This document shows, in pieces, positions 1-7,390 of a stretch of 18,255 nt of DNA; within the stretch, counting starts at the first letter, position 1; each line of letters begins with the position of its first letter. The notes below the pieces were generated by a model. That model worked only from the letters and a program-made list of their open reading frames with translations. It was not told the DNA's origin and made no database searches. The position numbers were made by a program, and so were the translations under genes. Source of the DNA: a virus; the UHGV virus genome UHGV-0073224. One strand, 5' to 3'.

Positions 1-53
1 CCTTTCTCGTTGCACCACCAGTACTGCTGAATAACGATGTATGATTTGCTCAT
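1..53 (-). CDS. 5' end of a gene that runs off the left edge (partial)
   Basis: ATG at about 53..51 overlaps the stop of the 355-aa ORF (ATGA); reading frame stays open to position 1. Only about 17 codons visible. Confidence 0.3.
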   Translation of the reverse strand, partial: MSKSYIVIQQYWWCNEK

Positions 54-1117
54 AGCGCGGCTCCCTGTCGTAACTGGTCGGCGAGTTCGAATTCACCATG
101 GTTAGTAAATTCGCCTGCAAGTTTTTCTCTTAGCTTCATAACGGCTTCCTTTGCGCTTTCGATATCCTTATGGTGCCCTGCGCTGTACTTCTTCCCGTTA
201 AATTGAACGCTTGCTACATATCGCTTATCGCGCTTATTCCAATAGACCCCCTTGACACCAGTGGTGTTATTTTTCTGGGTTGGTTTGTTGAATTGATTCT
301 GCGATAGAGAGCAAAGGCGCAGGTTTCTTATGCTGTTGTCTTTCTTGATGCCATTGATATGGTCGATAGGCTGGGAAGGCCATTCTCCGTAATGTAGAAG
401 CCATGCTAGACGGTGAGCAAAGCACTTCTTGCCAAACAGCGAAAAGGCGTAATAGCCCTGCCAAGTTTGAGAGCCAATAATTGCTCCTTCCTGACGACCT
501 GCAAAGTTGACTTTCGCGGTAAGAACTCCAGTTTCAGGGTTGTAGTCAATAAGGTCTCTGATATCGCCAACAGACATGAGCAGATTCTTATTAAGGATTT
601 CAATTTCCTTCTGGAGTGGTTCAGATGCCTCACGCCTAACTTCAGCCAGGAAAGCATCGGTGGCTGGGGTTTTGTTATCTGACTCCAGCCACTGGTTGTA
701 GTAATAATCGAACATGCCAGTAGGATAACCACATCCGCCGTGCACGTGGTCTTTCATAGCAGAACCACACATGCAGTAGTCATTGTCAGTATTACTAATG
801 ATGTTGATAAGTTGCTGTGTCCGTTGCTTCAACATCGCATTCTCCGCCGCCAGCGCCGAAAACTTCTCGTGTGCCAACTTAACAGCTGCATCAGCCTGCT
901 TAATTGACTCAGTCGCTTTCTGGTGGTCTTCGGCCAGCCCTGCTAAATCAGCCTCCAGTTCGGCTAGGCGTTCATTTAATGCATCTCGTTCATCCAGTAG
1001 AGCCAGCACAACCTGAGGTGTTACTTTCATACGAAATGCCAGCAATTTTTGAGGTGTTGCTACTGTTTCAATTGCTACTGCTGCCTCACGCAGTACCTGA
1101 TAGTCAATCTTGCTCAC
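50..1117 (-). CDS. Ea22-family mosaic protein: N-terminal coiled coil, central HNH nuclease motif, C-terminal AP2-like DNA-binding domain
   Basis: Track ORF 355 aa. HNH-like motif HRLAWLLHYGEWP...IDHINGIKKDNSIRNLRL; AP2-like segment GVKGVYWNKRDKRYVASVQFNGKKYSAGHH. N-terminal coiled coil and C-terminal tail resemble the adjacent ORF 1114..1713. Confidence 0.7.
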   Translation of the reverse strand: MSKIDYQVLREAAVAIETVATPQKLLAFRMKVTPQVVLALLDERDALNERLAELEADLAGLAEDHQKATESIKQADAAVKLAHEKFSALAAENAMLKQRTQQLINIISNTDNDYCMCGSAMKDHVHGGCGYPTGMFDYYYNQWLESDNKTPATDAFLAEVRREASEPLQKEIEILNKNLLMSVGDIRDLIDYNPETGVLTAKVNFAGRQEGAIIGSQTWQGYYAFSLFGKKCFAHRLAWLLHYGEWPSQPIDHINGIKKDNSIRNLRLCSLSQNQFNKPTQKNNTTGVKGVYWNKRDKRYVASVQFNGKKYSAGHHKDIESAKEAVMKLREKLAGEFTNHGEFELADQLRQGAAL

Positions 1118-1695
1118 TGGTTGCCTCCTTTGCGAAGCTGGTCGGCGATATCTTCGAGAACGCCATCAGAGAATGAGCGGTCAAAATCGCCTTCCGGCGC
1201 ATTAGCCATAAACTCAGTTGAGGTAAGAATCATCCGGGCAATATCCGCTGCGTTCTTCGCAGTATCATCAATAAAACCAGCATCCCAGGCAGCCAGCATT
1301 CTGTTCGCCACAAAGTAAGCGCCTTCCTTGCGTGCTTCAGTCTTCACTTCATCCCAAAAAGCGTCGGTGACTTGGGTTTGCGGCATCCTTCCGTCTATTG
1401 CGCAGATATACGCATCAGATAGTTCACCCTGCTCGCCGTCAAACACGTAGCAACTCTGTACGATAAATTTATTCAGCCACGCATTCTCCACAGCCAGCGC
1501 CGCGCACTTGGCCTCAAGGTTATCAATCGTGATTCCAGCAGAACGACACTCCCGCAACGCCGTTTCTAGTTTTGATTCAAGTTCACCGAACTTACGGACA
1601 AGATATTCAGCGTTTGTTTCGTTAACCTTTAAATCTCGGGGGATGCATTTACCTTTCAGAAAACCATCCATCTCAATTAGTGACATTTGTTTCAT
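1114..1695 (-). CDS. Ea22-like early-left protein
   Basis: Track ORF 1114..1713 begins at a GTG; internal ATG ([10 protein letters not shown]) at 1695 follows a GGAG and overlaps the upstream stop (ATGA). Shares motifs [12 protein letters not shown] and ...[10 protein letters not shown] with the 355-aa neighbour. Confidence 0.6.
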   Translation of the reverse strand: MKQMSLIEMDGFLKGKCIPRDLKVNETNAEYLVRKFGELESKLETALRECRSAGITIDNLEAKCAALAVENAWLNKFIVQSCYVFDGEQGELSDAYICAIDGRMPQTQVTDAFWDEVKTEARKEGAYFVANRMLAAWDAGFIDDTAKNAADIARMILTSTEFMANAPEGDFDRSFSDGVLEDIADQLRKGGNQ

Positions 1696-1889
1696 TTCTT
1701 CCCACTCCGCCACATAGCATTCAGATATTTGTTTTGATTCACTGATGGAAAAGAATTTCTCTTAAGCAATTCCTCTCTCGATGGCATTGGCTTTACGCGT
1801 TGGCGAATAATCATTTCTGCCGGAAGAATGCCGGGATTGTATGCAAGTCCTCTCATGGTAAATTCCTCAGTCATTACTGATAGCGCCAT
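1692..1889 (-). CDS. small hypothetical early-left protein
   Basis: Track ORF 65 aa, co-oriented and overlapping its neighbours in a coupled chain. An alternative start MTEEF lies about 15 codons in. No recognisable motif. Confidence 0.4.
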   Translation of the reverse strand: MALSVMTEEFTMRGLAYNPGILPAEMIIRQRVKPMPSREELLKRNSFPSVNQNKYLNAMWRSGKK

Positions 1890-2163
1890 AGCGTGAGCGG
1901 TAATTACGCAGGCGCGGGTCGATATATTCAGGGAATTTGTCTATTGTCGCTTTTCGCAACGGTCTCATTGCTGTTTCGTTTGTTCGGTCCTTCTCATCTT
2001 TTAACGCGAGTTGTATATCGCGTCGGTACATCCGTTCTGCTTTTGTTTCTGGTGGCAGATCGATAAACGTGTCGAAATTGTTTTTGATATTTTCCAGCAC
2101 CTCCGCCTTGGAGCTACCGGAACAGCGGCGCGGGTCATCCGCACCATACATAGGCGCTGGCAT
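1867..2163 (-). CDS. hypothetical early-left protein (98 aa)
   Basis: Track ORF; AAGGA about 7 nt upstream of the ATG at 2163; lies 24 nt downstream of the SSB-like gene. Confidence 0.55.
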   Translation of the reverse strand: MPAPMYGADDPRRCSGSSKAEVLENIKNNFDTFIDLPPETKAERMYRRDIQLALKDEKDRTNETAMRPLRKATIDKFPEYIDPRLRNYRSRYGAISND

Positions 2164-2186
2164 AATGGAATCCTTATGTTGCTACT

Positions 2187-2570
2187 TTAGAAGGGAATTG
2201 AATCGTCGTATTCAGGATGATTTTGATGATTGCTACTTTGCTGCTGTTGGCTGTTTCCTGAGGTTGCAAATCCAATCTTTGCATTCAGTAATTCAAGAGT
2301 GATTGATTGACCATTTTGCCCCTGATAAACATCAACCCTGATGTTTTCTCCGGTAATTTCCACAATGCCACCTTCAACAAGAACACTACGGTAGTAATCC
2401 GCTTGCGCTCCCGGCTTGGCAAATACAACGGCGCTGTAGTTTGTCCATTCTTTCTTTTTTGTCTGGCGATCGTAATACTGAACGCCAGCACGGATGTTGA
2501 ATCCGATATTTTCCCCGGCCTGAAACTCTCTTGCGGGCTTGTTTAGTCTTACAGTAATCGAATGTGCCAT
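2187..2570 (-). CDS. ssb: single-strand DNA-binding (SSB-like, Ea10-type) protein
   Basis: Start MAHSITV at 2570 overlaps the erf stop (TAATG). Gln-rich linker and C-terminal tip ...EYDDSIPF resemble the SSB acidic tail (DDDIPF). Position next to erf fits a recombination module. Confidence 0.7.
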   Translation of the reverse strand: MAHSITVRLNKPAREFQAGENIGFNIRAGVQYYDRQTKKKEWTNYSAVVFAKPGAQADYYRSVLVEGGIVEITGENIRVDVYQGQNGQSITLELLNAKIGFATSGNSQQQQSSNHQNHPEYDDSIPF

Positions 2571-3175
2571 TAAGCAGCCGCTCCTTCTAATTCGTCTCGT
2601 CTGATGTTGTAAACGTCCTGCGCTTTGTGCTGCTCCGGTGTTCCTTCGAGCATCTTCCACGCTTTGGCGAACGCCTGTTTAAGCTCTTCCACGGTGTTTT
2701 TCTGCATTGCTGCGTCAGTGAATGCTTTTAGAACCTGTTCAGGTGTAGGTGATGGTTTTGATTGCTTTGCTACTGCGTTCTGCTGATGTTTATGCTCGTC
2801 TGTATCTGCATCTTTCGCATCATCAATGCCGAACAAACCATTGAGGCAATACTTGCGTGCATAAGAGCTTGTAGCTCCCGTAACTTGTGCAGAATCCATC
2901 CCTTTCTTGCTTTCTTCCTCTCGTGCAAGAGCGGTTGCCGTATGACTGTTTTCGCCATCGGTAATAGTTGCCGTGGCTTTCACGTAATACCGATCACCAA
3001 TCAACACAACTTCATCGCTGATTGATAAAAACAGGCCATTCAGTAACGGCTTAACGCCTTCAAGAATGTCTTCGCAGCTTCTGTATTTATATTTTCCGAA
3101 TGAGTTGTACTGATTCTTTGGCGCGTTCAGATTCTCCTGAATAGCTGCCAGTCTTGCGTAAAATTCTTTGCTCAT
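2570..3175 (-). CDS. erf: Erf-family single-strand annealing recombinase
   Basis: Starts MSKEFYARL... and contains ...SYARKYCLNGLFGI..., matching recalled P22 Erf. The track ORF extends to a TTG at 3205; the ATG at 3175 is the more plausible start. Confidence 0.85.
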   Translation of the reverse strand: MSKEFYARLAAIQENLNAPKNQYNSFGKYKYRSCEDILEGVKPLLNGLFLSISDEVVLIGDRYYVKATATITDGENSHTATALAREEESKKGMDSAQVTGATSSYARKYCLNGLFGIDDAKDADTDEHKHQQNAVAKQSKPSPTPEQVLKAFTDAAMQKNTVEELKQAFAKAWKMLEGTPEQHKAQDVYNIRRDELEGAAA

Positions 3176-3185
3176 ATGATTGTTC

Positions 3186-3356
3186 TCAGAATGGACATTC
3201 CCCAAGGAAATAACGCTGATTTAATACTTCGACTCGGGACAAATTAAGGCATACCCGCATTCCTTCGCGGTCGCCATTATGGCGATACCAGAGAGCTTTC
3301 TGCGTGTACATGCGTCTCTGTAACTTGCTCTCCTTCACTGTGGTTGCAAGTGACAT
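3186..3356 (-). CDS. small protein immediately upstream of erf (Arf-like by position)
   Basis: Not on track (56 aa: MSLATTVKESKLQRRMYTQKALWYRH...). Strong RBS GAAGGAGAT before the ATG; stop 10 nt before the erf ATG. Overlaps the next small ORF by about 80 nt in another frame. Confidence 0.4.
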   Translation of the reverse strand: MSLATTVKESKLQRRMYTQKALWYRHNGDREGMRVCLNLSRVEVLNQRYFLGECPF

Positions 3357-3435
3357 GAATATCTCCTTCGTTACCGATTAATTCTTTCATCTGACGAATG
3401 AATTCTTCGTCTGACCAGTTATCTGTAAAACTCAT
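3277..3435 (-). CDS. small acidic ORF overlapping the kil stop
   Basis: Not on track (52 aa: MSFTDNWSDEEFIRQMKELIGNEGD...). Its ATG overlaps the kil stop (ATGA) but has no clear RBS; overlaps 3186..3356 in another frame, so only one may be real. Confidence 0.3.
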   Translation of the reverse strand: MSFTDNWSDEEFIRQMKELIGNEGDIHVTCNHSEGEQVTETHVHAESSLVSP

Positions 3436-3584
3436 TTCCTGCGATACCACGGAAGGTTGATAGCTGATTTCATCGCTTTATTTGCTTCAAGCCACATTTT
3501 TGAATCACCAATAAATCTGGCTATTACTGCTTTGTTCTGTGCAGCACGAAGCATCTGGTGATTGATGGCTATTTCATTGCGCAT
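3432..3584 (-). CDS. kil: Kil-like host cell-division inhibitor
   Basis: Not on track (50 aa: MRNEIAINHQMLRAAQNKAVIARFIGDSKMWLEANKAMKSAINLPWYRRK). The IA.FIGD.KM motif and position directly after cIII match recalled lambda Kil. Confidence 0.6.
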   Translation of the reverse strand: MRNEIAINHQMLRAAQNKAVIARFIGDSKMWLEANKAMKSAINLPWYRRK

Positions 3585-3700
3585 AATAAGACCTCAACTC
3601 TTTTCCATCCGTCACGTAATTTACGGGTGATTCGTTCAAGTAAAGATTCATTTAATTGGAAGGCACCCATGCGAGCGCCTCCCGCGATTGCGTAAATCAT
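3569..3700 (-). CDS. cIII: CIII-like FtsH (HflB) inhibitor
   Basis: Not on track (43 aa: MIYAIAGGARMGAFQLNESLLERITRKLRDGWKRVEVLLCAMK). Core ESLLERITRKLRDGWKR matches recalled lambda CIII; AAGGAA RBS; overlaps the kil start. Confidence 0.7.
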   Translation of the reverse strand: MIYAIAGGARMGAFQLNESLLERITRKLRDGWKRVEVLLCAMK

Positions 3701-3724
3701 GGGTGGTTCCTTATGTTGGTTTTA

Positions 3725-4693
3725 TTAGTAGGTTATTTTTGTTGCGAATACTTCGCCTTTTACGATGGCTGTTATGATATTTTTAGCAACATCTTCTGAT
3801 GCACCAACCTTGATAAGGTCAGCAAGTATTTTGTTATTTACTTCTTTCCGGTGAGCTTTATCCTTTGCTCTACGCTCTTCTTCGTCCTTGATTCTTTTTT
3901 CTTCTGCTATTCTGGCTTGCTCTTTTGCTTCAGCCTCGCGCCGGATTCGTTCAGCCTCCTCCTGTGCTTTTCGGCGTTCTGCTTCAATTGCCGCCTGCTT
4001 TTCTCTTTCAGCTCGTTCTGCTGCCTCTTTTGCTTCGCGCTGTGCTCGTTGCTCGGCTTCAATGCGTTCACGCTCTGCACGTTCCGCTGCGGCCTTAGCT
4101 TCTGCTTCTCGCCTTGCTGCTGCTTCAATTTCGGCTTTTGCCTTTGCTTCGGCTTCTGCTCTGGCTTTCTCTTCAGCTTCTCTTTTTAAGCGTTCTTCAT
4201 GCTCTCGCTTTTCCTGCTCCGCTTTGAGTCTTGCCTCTTCTCTTTGGCGGTCAAATTCGCGATCCATCAAAATAGCTATTTCATGGTCAGACTCAATTTG
4301 CTTTGCGAGAGCTTCAGCTGCTGCCTTAGCTTCTTCTTCGGCTTTAATCCGCGCCTGTTCTTCCTCATAATCAGTAAGAGGCTGGCGCGCCTTGGCTTTC
4401 AGCTCATCAAGGCGATCACGCACTGTCTTGCGGTTGGCATCAATTAGCTTTGGAATTTCCTTCAGTTCAGCAACAAGGTCTTTGCCAAGACCATCGAGAT
4501 ATGTTTTCGTCTGCGCAACTTTATACGCCAGAGAAGCGATCTCCTTTCTGCCCTTTGCCGTTGTGATATCAGGCACAAAGGACATAACTTCACGTTCAAC
4601 CTTTTGAAGGATTTCTTCAATCTGGTCGGCAGACTGAAATACAGTCATTGCATTTGCTTTTTCAATAACAACTAAATCTGTTACTTCACTCAT
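3725..4693 (-). CDS. coiled-coil protein with long Glu/Ala/Lys/Arg-rich low-complexity central region
   Basis: Track ORF 3725..4747 begins at a TTG; ATG (MSEVTDLVV) at 4693 has a GGAGGATAT RBS. Central section is EAEAKAKAEIEAAARREAEAKAAAERAERE...; globular N- and C-terminal ends. Confidence 0.6.
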   Translation of the reverse strand: MSEVTDLVVIEKANAMTVFQSADQIEEILQKVEREVMSFVPDITTAKGRKEIASLAYKVAQTKTYLDGLGKDLVAELKEIPKLIDANRKTVRDRLDELKAKARQPLTDYEEEQARIKAEEEAKAAAEALAKQIESDHEIAILMDREFDRQREEARLKAEQEKREHEERLKREAEEKARAEAEAKAKAEIEAAARREAEAKAAAERAERERIEAEQRAQREAKEAAERAEREKQAAIEAERRKAQEEAERIRREAEAKEQARIAEEKRIKDEEERRAKDKAHRKEVNNKILADLIKVGASEDVAKNIITAIVKGEVFATKITY

Positions 4694-4705
4694 ATATCCT
4701 CCGTC

Positions 4706-4734
4706 AAAAAAATTGCCCTCACACTGGAGGGCAA
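4706..4734 (-). terminator. intrinsic terminator-like hairpin (minus strand) just upstream of the coiled-coil gene
   Basis: Plus-strand TTGCCCTC-ACACTG-GAGGGCAA gives an 8-bp stem; on the minus strand it is followed by a 7-T run. Confidence 0.5.
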
Positions 4735-4825
4735 AGAAGATTTCCAATAATCAGAACAAGTCGGCTCCTGTTTAGTTACGAGCGACATTGCTCACATAGC
4801 AGACTCGCAAATCTGCTATAGGTGC

Positions 4826-4987
4826 TTATTCGCATCGCATGACAACATCAAATTTTTCGAGATTACTTTGTCGCAACAATCCCTCTTCTACGCGGTCAGC
4901 TTTTCTATAATTATCAAATTCGAAATGTTTAATTACTTCTTTCGTTTCTCGCTCTATAACTTCAACAATGTATTTCTTATTCATCAT
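4826..4987 (-). CDS. small hypothetical protein (53 aa)
   Basis: Track ORF 4826..5050; internal start MMNKKYIVEV... at 4987 overlaps the stop of the upstream paralog gene (ATGA). Confidence 0.4.
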   Translation of the reverse strand: MMNKKYIVEVIERETKEVIKHFEFDNYRKADRVEEGLLRQSNLEKFDVVMRCE

Positions 4988-5262
4988 TCTTCCCCCAGGG
5001 CCTTGCTGATGGCTGCCTTGGCTCGTTTGTATTCGGTTAACTCTCTGCACCCTTCGTCATGCTCGTAAAGGAAGACAAGCTCTTGCAGTGCTTCAAGCAA
5101 ATCAGGAGCTGCTGCTATCAGTAGCGCATCCTCCCTTTCATTTCTTGTTGCTGCTTCAATGTATGTGTCACCAATCGTCACACCATGGAACGTAGTCATC
5201 ATCTCGTTGACGTTTCTAACCGTGTACTTCCATTTACCAGGCGTACCCTTAAACTCTTTCAT
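4984..5262 (-). CDS. small protein, paralog A of a duplicated family (conserved AAPDLLEALQ...ISKALGEE C-terminus)
   Basis: Track ORF 4984..5268 begins at a GTG; ATG (MKEFKGTPGKW) at 5262 has a GAGGTGG RBS. C-terminal half is shared with ORF 5783..6034. Confidence 0.55.
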   Translation of the reverse strand: MKEFKGTPGKWKYTVRNVNEMMTTFHGVTIGDTYIEAATRNEREDALLIAAAPDLLEALQELVFLYEHDEGCRELTEYKRAKAAISKALGEE

Positions 5263-5280
5263 ATCCACCTCTGTTGTTTA

Positions 5281-5310
5281 TGCCAAAAATAAAGGCCGAC
5301 TATGCGGCCT
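5281..5310 (-). terminator. intrinsic terminator (minus strand), copy 1 of a duplicated element
   Basis: Stem AGGCCG/CGGCCT with 6-nt loop (5293..5310), followed on the minus strand by TTTATTTTTGG; directly after the stop of ORF 5309..5779. The 32-bp block 5279..5310 is identical to 6053..6084. Confidence 0.55.
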
Positions 5311-5779
5311 AGTAGAATACCCAATTTTCTGTTTCTTGGTTGTGTCCAAAGTTATATTCAATATCTGGTGTTGATGTATCAATATTCTTCATCCCATCAA
5401 CAAGAGTTGATACAACAGCCAAATCTTGTTTGATTCTCATCAAATGGTATTTCTTCCGGCGCAATAAACTTTCAATGGCAAGTTTCTTCGTCGGGAACGC
5501 AAAAGATCTTTCTGCATTTTTTGCTACTTTCTTAATTGCATATCTATTTCTCCTTTGTTTCCATTCCTGTAACCACTGATTTGGTGCTGGTTTAAAATTA
5601 ACAATCCAATGCGCAGGAACCAACCATGCATAATGCTCTGTCTGATGAAAAGCTATATATTGAAGTGCGAATATTTTGATTCCATCTTCTTCAACTGTCG
5701 CTTGGAATCTCCAGAAAACAGGCATTCCATCATGTTCAGTTTCTGATTCAGGAAAAGGTACGCTCCATGATTTTGTCAT
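5309..5779 (-). CDS. hypothetical protein (156 aa), second gene of a two-gene module
   Basis: Track ORF; GGAG upstream; start 4 nt after the stop of paralog B; terminator hairpin directly after its stop. No motif I recognise. Confidence 0.55.
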   Translation of the reverse strand: MTKSWSVPFPESETEHDGMPVFWRFQATVEEDGIKIFALQYIAFHQTEHYAWLVPAHWIVNFKPAPNQWLQEWKQRRNRYAIKKVAKNAERSFAFPTKKLAIESLLRRKKYHLMRIKQDLAVVSTLVDGMKNIDTSTPDIEYNFGHNQETENWVFY

Positions 5780-5782
5780 ATA

Positions 5783-6034
5783 TTACTCATCTCCAAGGGC
5801 TTTGCTGATTGCTGACTGTGCTTTCGATACTTCATCAGGATAATGGTCATTCCAGTTTTGCTTGTATGCCTTGTTTAGCATCGCTTGCAGGGCTTCGAGC
5901 AAATCAGGAGCTGCCTCCATCAATCTCACATCACCTCGATGGATGGTTGTATCGTCAAACGTGAAATAAACCCCATCATCGTTAAATCCAGCGCCAACAA
6001 CATTCCATGGCCTTTTCATTCTTCCTACTGTCAT
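5783..6034 (-). CDS. small protein, paralog B of the duplicated family
   Basis: Track ORF 83 aa (MTVGRMKRPWNVV...); GAGGTG RBS; shares EAAPDLLEALQ and ISKALGDE with paralog A. Confidence 0.55.
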   Translation of the reverse strand: MTVGRMKRPWNVVGAGFNDDGVYFTFDDTTIHRGDVRLMEAAPDLLEALQAMLNKAYKQNWNDHYPDEVSKAQSAISKALGDE

Positions 6035-6054
6035 TATTCACCTCTGTGTATTTA

Positions 6055-6084
6055 TGCCAAAAATAAAGGCCGACTATGCGGCCT
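6055..6084 (-). terminator. intrinsic terminator (minus strand), copy 2 of the duplicated element
   Basis: Same hairpin and T-run as 5281..5310; sits just after the stop of the membrane-protein gene. Confidence 0.55.
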
Positions 6085-6088
6085 GAAA

Positions 6089-6538
6089 TTACTTAACCAA
6101 TGATGCTGCATATTCGATAAGGTAAAGCTTTGGGGCCAGCCAAATTTTTAACCAAGTCATATTGGTTACTACACCAATAATAAAAATCCCCCACAGAGTC
6201 AAAACTACAACCAATGGCATGATAAGAAGATTAATATCACCTTTGCTATCCCAAACCATTGTCGGCCTGTATTTGGGATTTCCTTTCTCCCATGAATATC
6301 CTTCATCACCGATTTTACCTGTCTCAACTCTTTGGCACTGCTTCTTCATAAACCAGAAAACCAGTGGGATTGTTAAAATGGCCATTAATGTTTTAATCAG
6401 ACTGTCAACCATATTCCATAGCAGCAACTGATGAACAACATCAGGAATCTGTGCCTGGCTGAATGAAACAGCCGCGTCTATTCCATTACTGGCTTTTTGC
6501 AGTAGTTCTACGAGAATCTTGTTTGCTTGTTCTTCCAT
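6089..6538 (-). CDS. two-TM inner-membrane protein, possibly superinfection exclusion (SieB-like by position)
   Basis: Track ORF 6089..6589 begins at a TTG; ATG (MEEQANKIL) at 6538 has a GAGGTTAGAT RBS. Hydrophobic segments LIKTLMAILTIPLVFWF and INLLIMPLVVVLTLWGIFIIGVV. Position matches lambda sieB; no sequence confirmation. Confidence 0.5.
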   Translation of the reverse strand: MEEQANKILVELLQKASNGIDAAVSFSQAQIPDVVHQLLLWNMVDSLIKTLMAILTIPLVFWFMKKQCQRVETGKIGDEGYSWEKGNPKYRPTMVWDSKGDINLLIMPLVVVLTLWGIFIIGVVTNMTWLKIWLAPKLYLIEYAASLVK

Positions 6539-6546
6539 ATCTAACC

Positions 6547-6711
6547 TCAAATAAGTGGTTTGCTGCGAAAATAAATACGTTCCCACCAAGTTCCGTATCT
6601 ATCTATCCAGTTACACCAATCATCGACATTCCATTTTGTTGTGTCGCATTTTGGCAACTGGCATGAATATCCACCTTCTTTGTAAAGTCGGCGTTTGACT
6701 TTCTTGAGCAT
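6547..6711 (-). CDS. small Cys/Trp-rich protein immediately downstream of N
   Basis: Not on track (54 aa: MLKKVKRRLYKEGGYSCQLPKCDTTKWNVDDWCNWIDRYGTWWERIYFRSKPLI). GAGGTGAGCC RBS overlaps the N stop; its stop lies 8 nt before the membrane-protein ATG. Confidence 0.4.
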   Translation of the reverse strand: MLKKVKRRLYKEGGYSCQLPKCDTTKWNVDDWCNWIDRYGTWWERIYFRSKPLI

Positions 6712-6719
6712 GGCTCACC

Positions 6720-7052
6720 TCAATCGTAATAAGCTGGAATTGATTTTCCGCGTTGCTTCTGGCGGCCTGAGCAAGTCACACCCATTTCACTGCGTGGCTT
6801 GCTGTACCATGTGCGCTGATTCTTGCGCTCAATACGTTGCAGGTTGCTTTCAATCTGTTCGTGGTATTCAGCTAGCACCGTAAGGTCTATAGGATTCAGT
6901 GCGCTTTCTACTCGTGATTTCGGTTTGCGATTCAGCGAGAGAATAGGGCGGTTAACTGGTTTTGCGCTTACCCCAACCAACAGGGGATTTGCTGCTTTCC
7001 ATTGAGCCTGTTTCTCTGCGCGACGTTCGCGGCGGCGTGTTTGTGCATCCAT
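6720..7052 (-). CDS. N: N transcription antiterminator (lambda type)
   Basis: Track ORF 110 aa beginning MDAQTRRRERRAEKQAQWKAANPLLVGVSAKPVNRPILSL..., matching recalled lambda N including the Arg-rich boxB-binding motif. Confidence 0.92.
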   Translation of the reverse strand: MDAQTRRRERRAEKQAQWKAANPLLVGVSAKPVNRPILSLNRKPKSRVESALNPIDLTVLAEYHEQIESNLQRIERKNQRTWYSKPRSEMGVTCSGRQKQRGKSIPAYYD

Positions 7053-7320
7053 CTGGATTCTCCTGTCAGTTAGCTTTGGTGGTGTGGTGGCTGGTAGTCT
7101 AGCTCCAGCTTGTTGAGTCTCATTCGGAGGGGTATAACCGGCACCCCAGCGATTTTTCCATGCGACAACGTGCGCGTTATGGCGGCCTTATCGCCCGCGG
7201 CTCCCCATCTCGTCCACGCTATTGCTAGCGTTGGGAGCGCTTCACCGCTCAACAGTAGGTAAGCACTTGCCAGTGACTAGCTGGCTTCACCACACCCCAA
7301 AGCCTTCTGCTTTGAATGCT

Positions 7321-7351
7321 GCCCTTCTTCAGGGCTTAATTTTTAAGAGCA
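7321..7351 (-). promoter_or_regulatory. nutL: nutL site (boxB hairpin plus boxA-like element)
   Basis: Minus-strand GCCCTGAAGAAGGGC at 7321..7335 (lambda nutL boxB) with ...GCTCTTAAAAATTAA upstream at about 7343..7351. Confidence 0.75.
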
Positions 7352-7390
7352 TCACCTTCATGGTGGTTAGCGCGTCCTGCTGATGGCTTA

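Noticed and set aside
2187-3205. Long N-terminal extensions of the SSB-like and Erf ORFs on the track
   Set aside because: The extensions begin at non-ATG codons or far upstream in-frame codons without RBS support; internal ATGs at 2570 and 3175 give the expected N-termini and compact gene spacing.
3851-4370. Track ORFs 3851..4189 (+), 3888..4370 (+) and 3907..4128 (-) overlapping the coiled-coil gene
   Set aside because: They are artefacts of the low-complexity GC-rich codon repeat that encodes the EAK-rich region; their translations are Ser/Ala/Phe/Cys-rich repeats and they have no RBS. The minus-strand frame 3725..4693 is the coding one.
7070-7252. Track ORF (60 aa, minus strand) between nutL and N
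   Set aside because: It lies in the N leader, which is non-coding in lambda; it has no RBS and the flanking sequence matches the lambda N leader.
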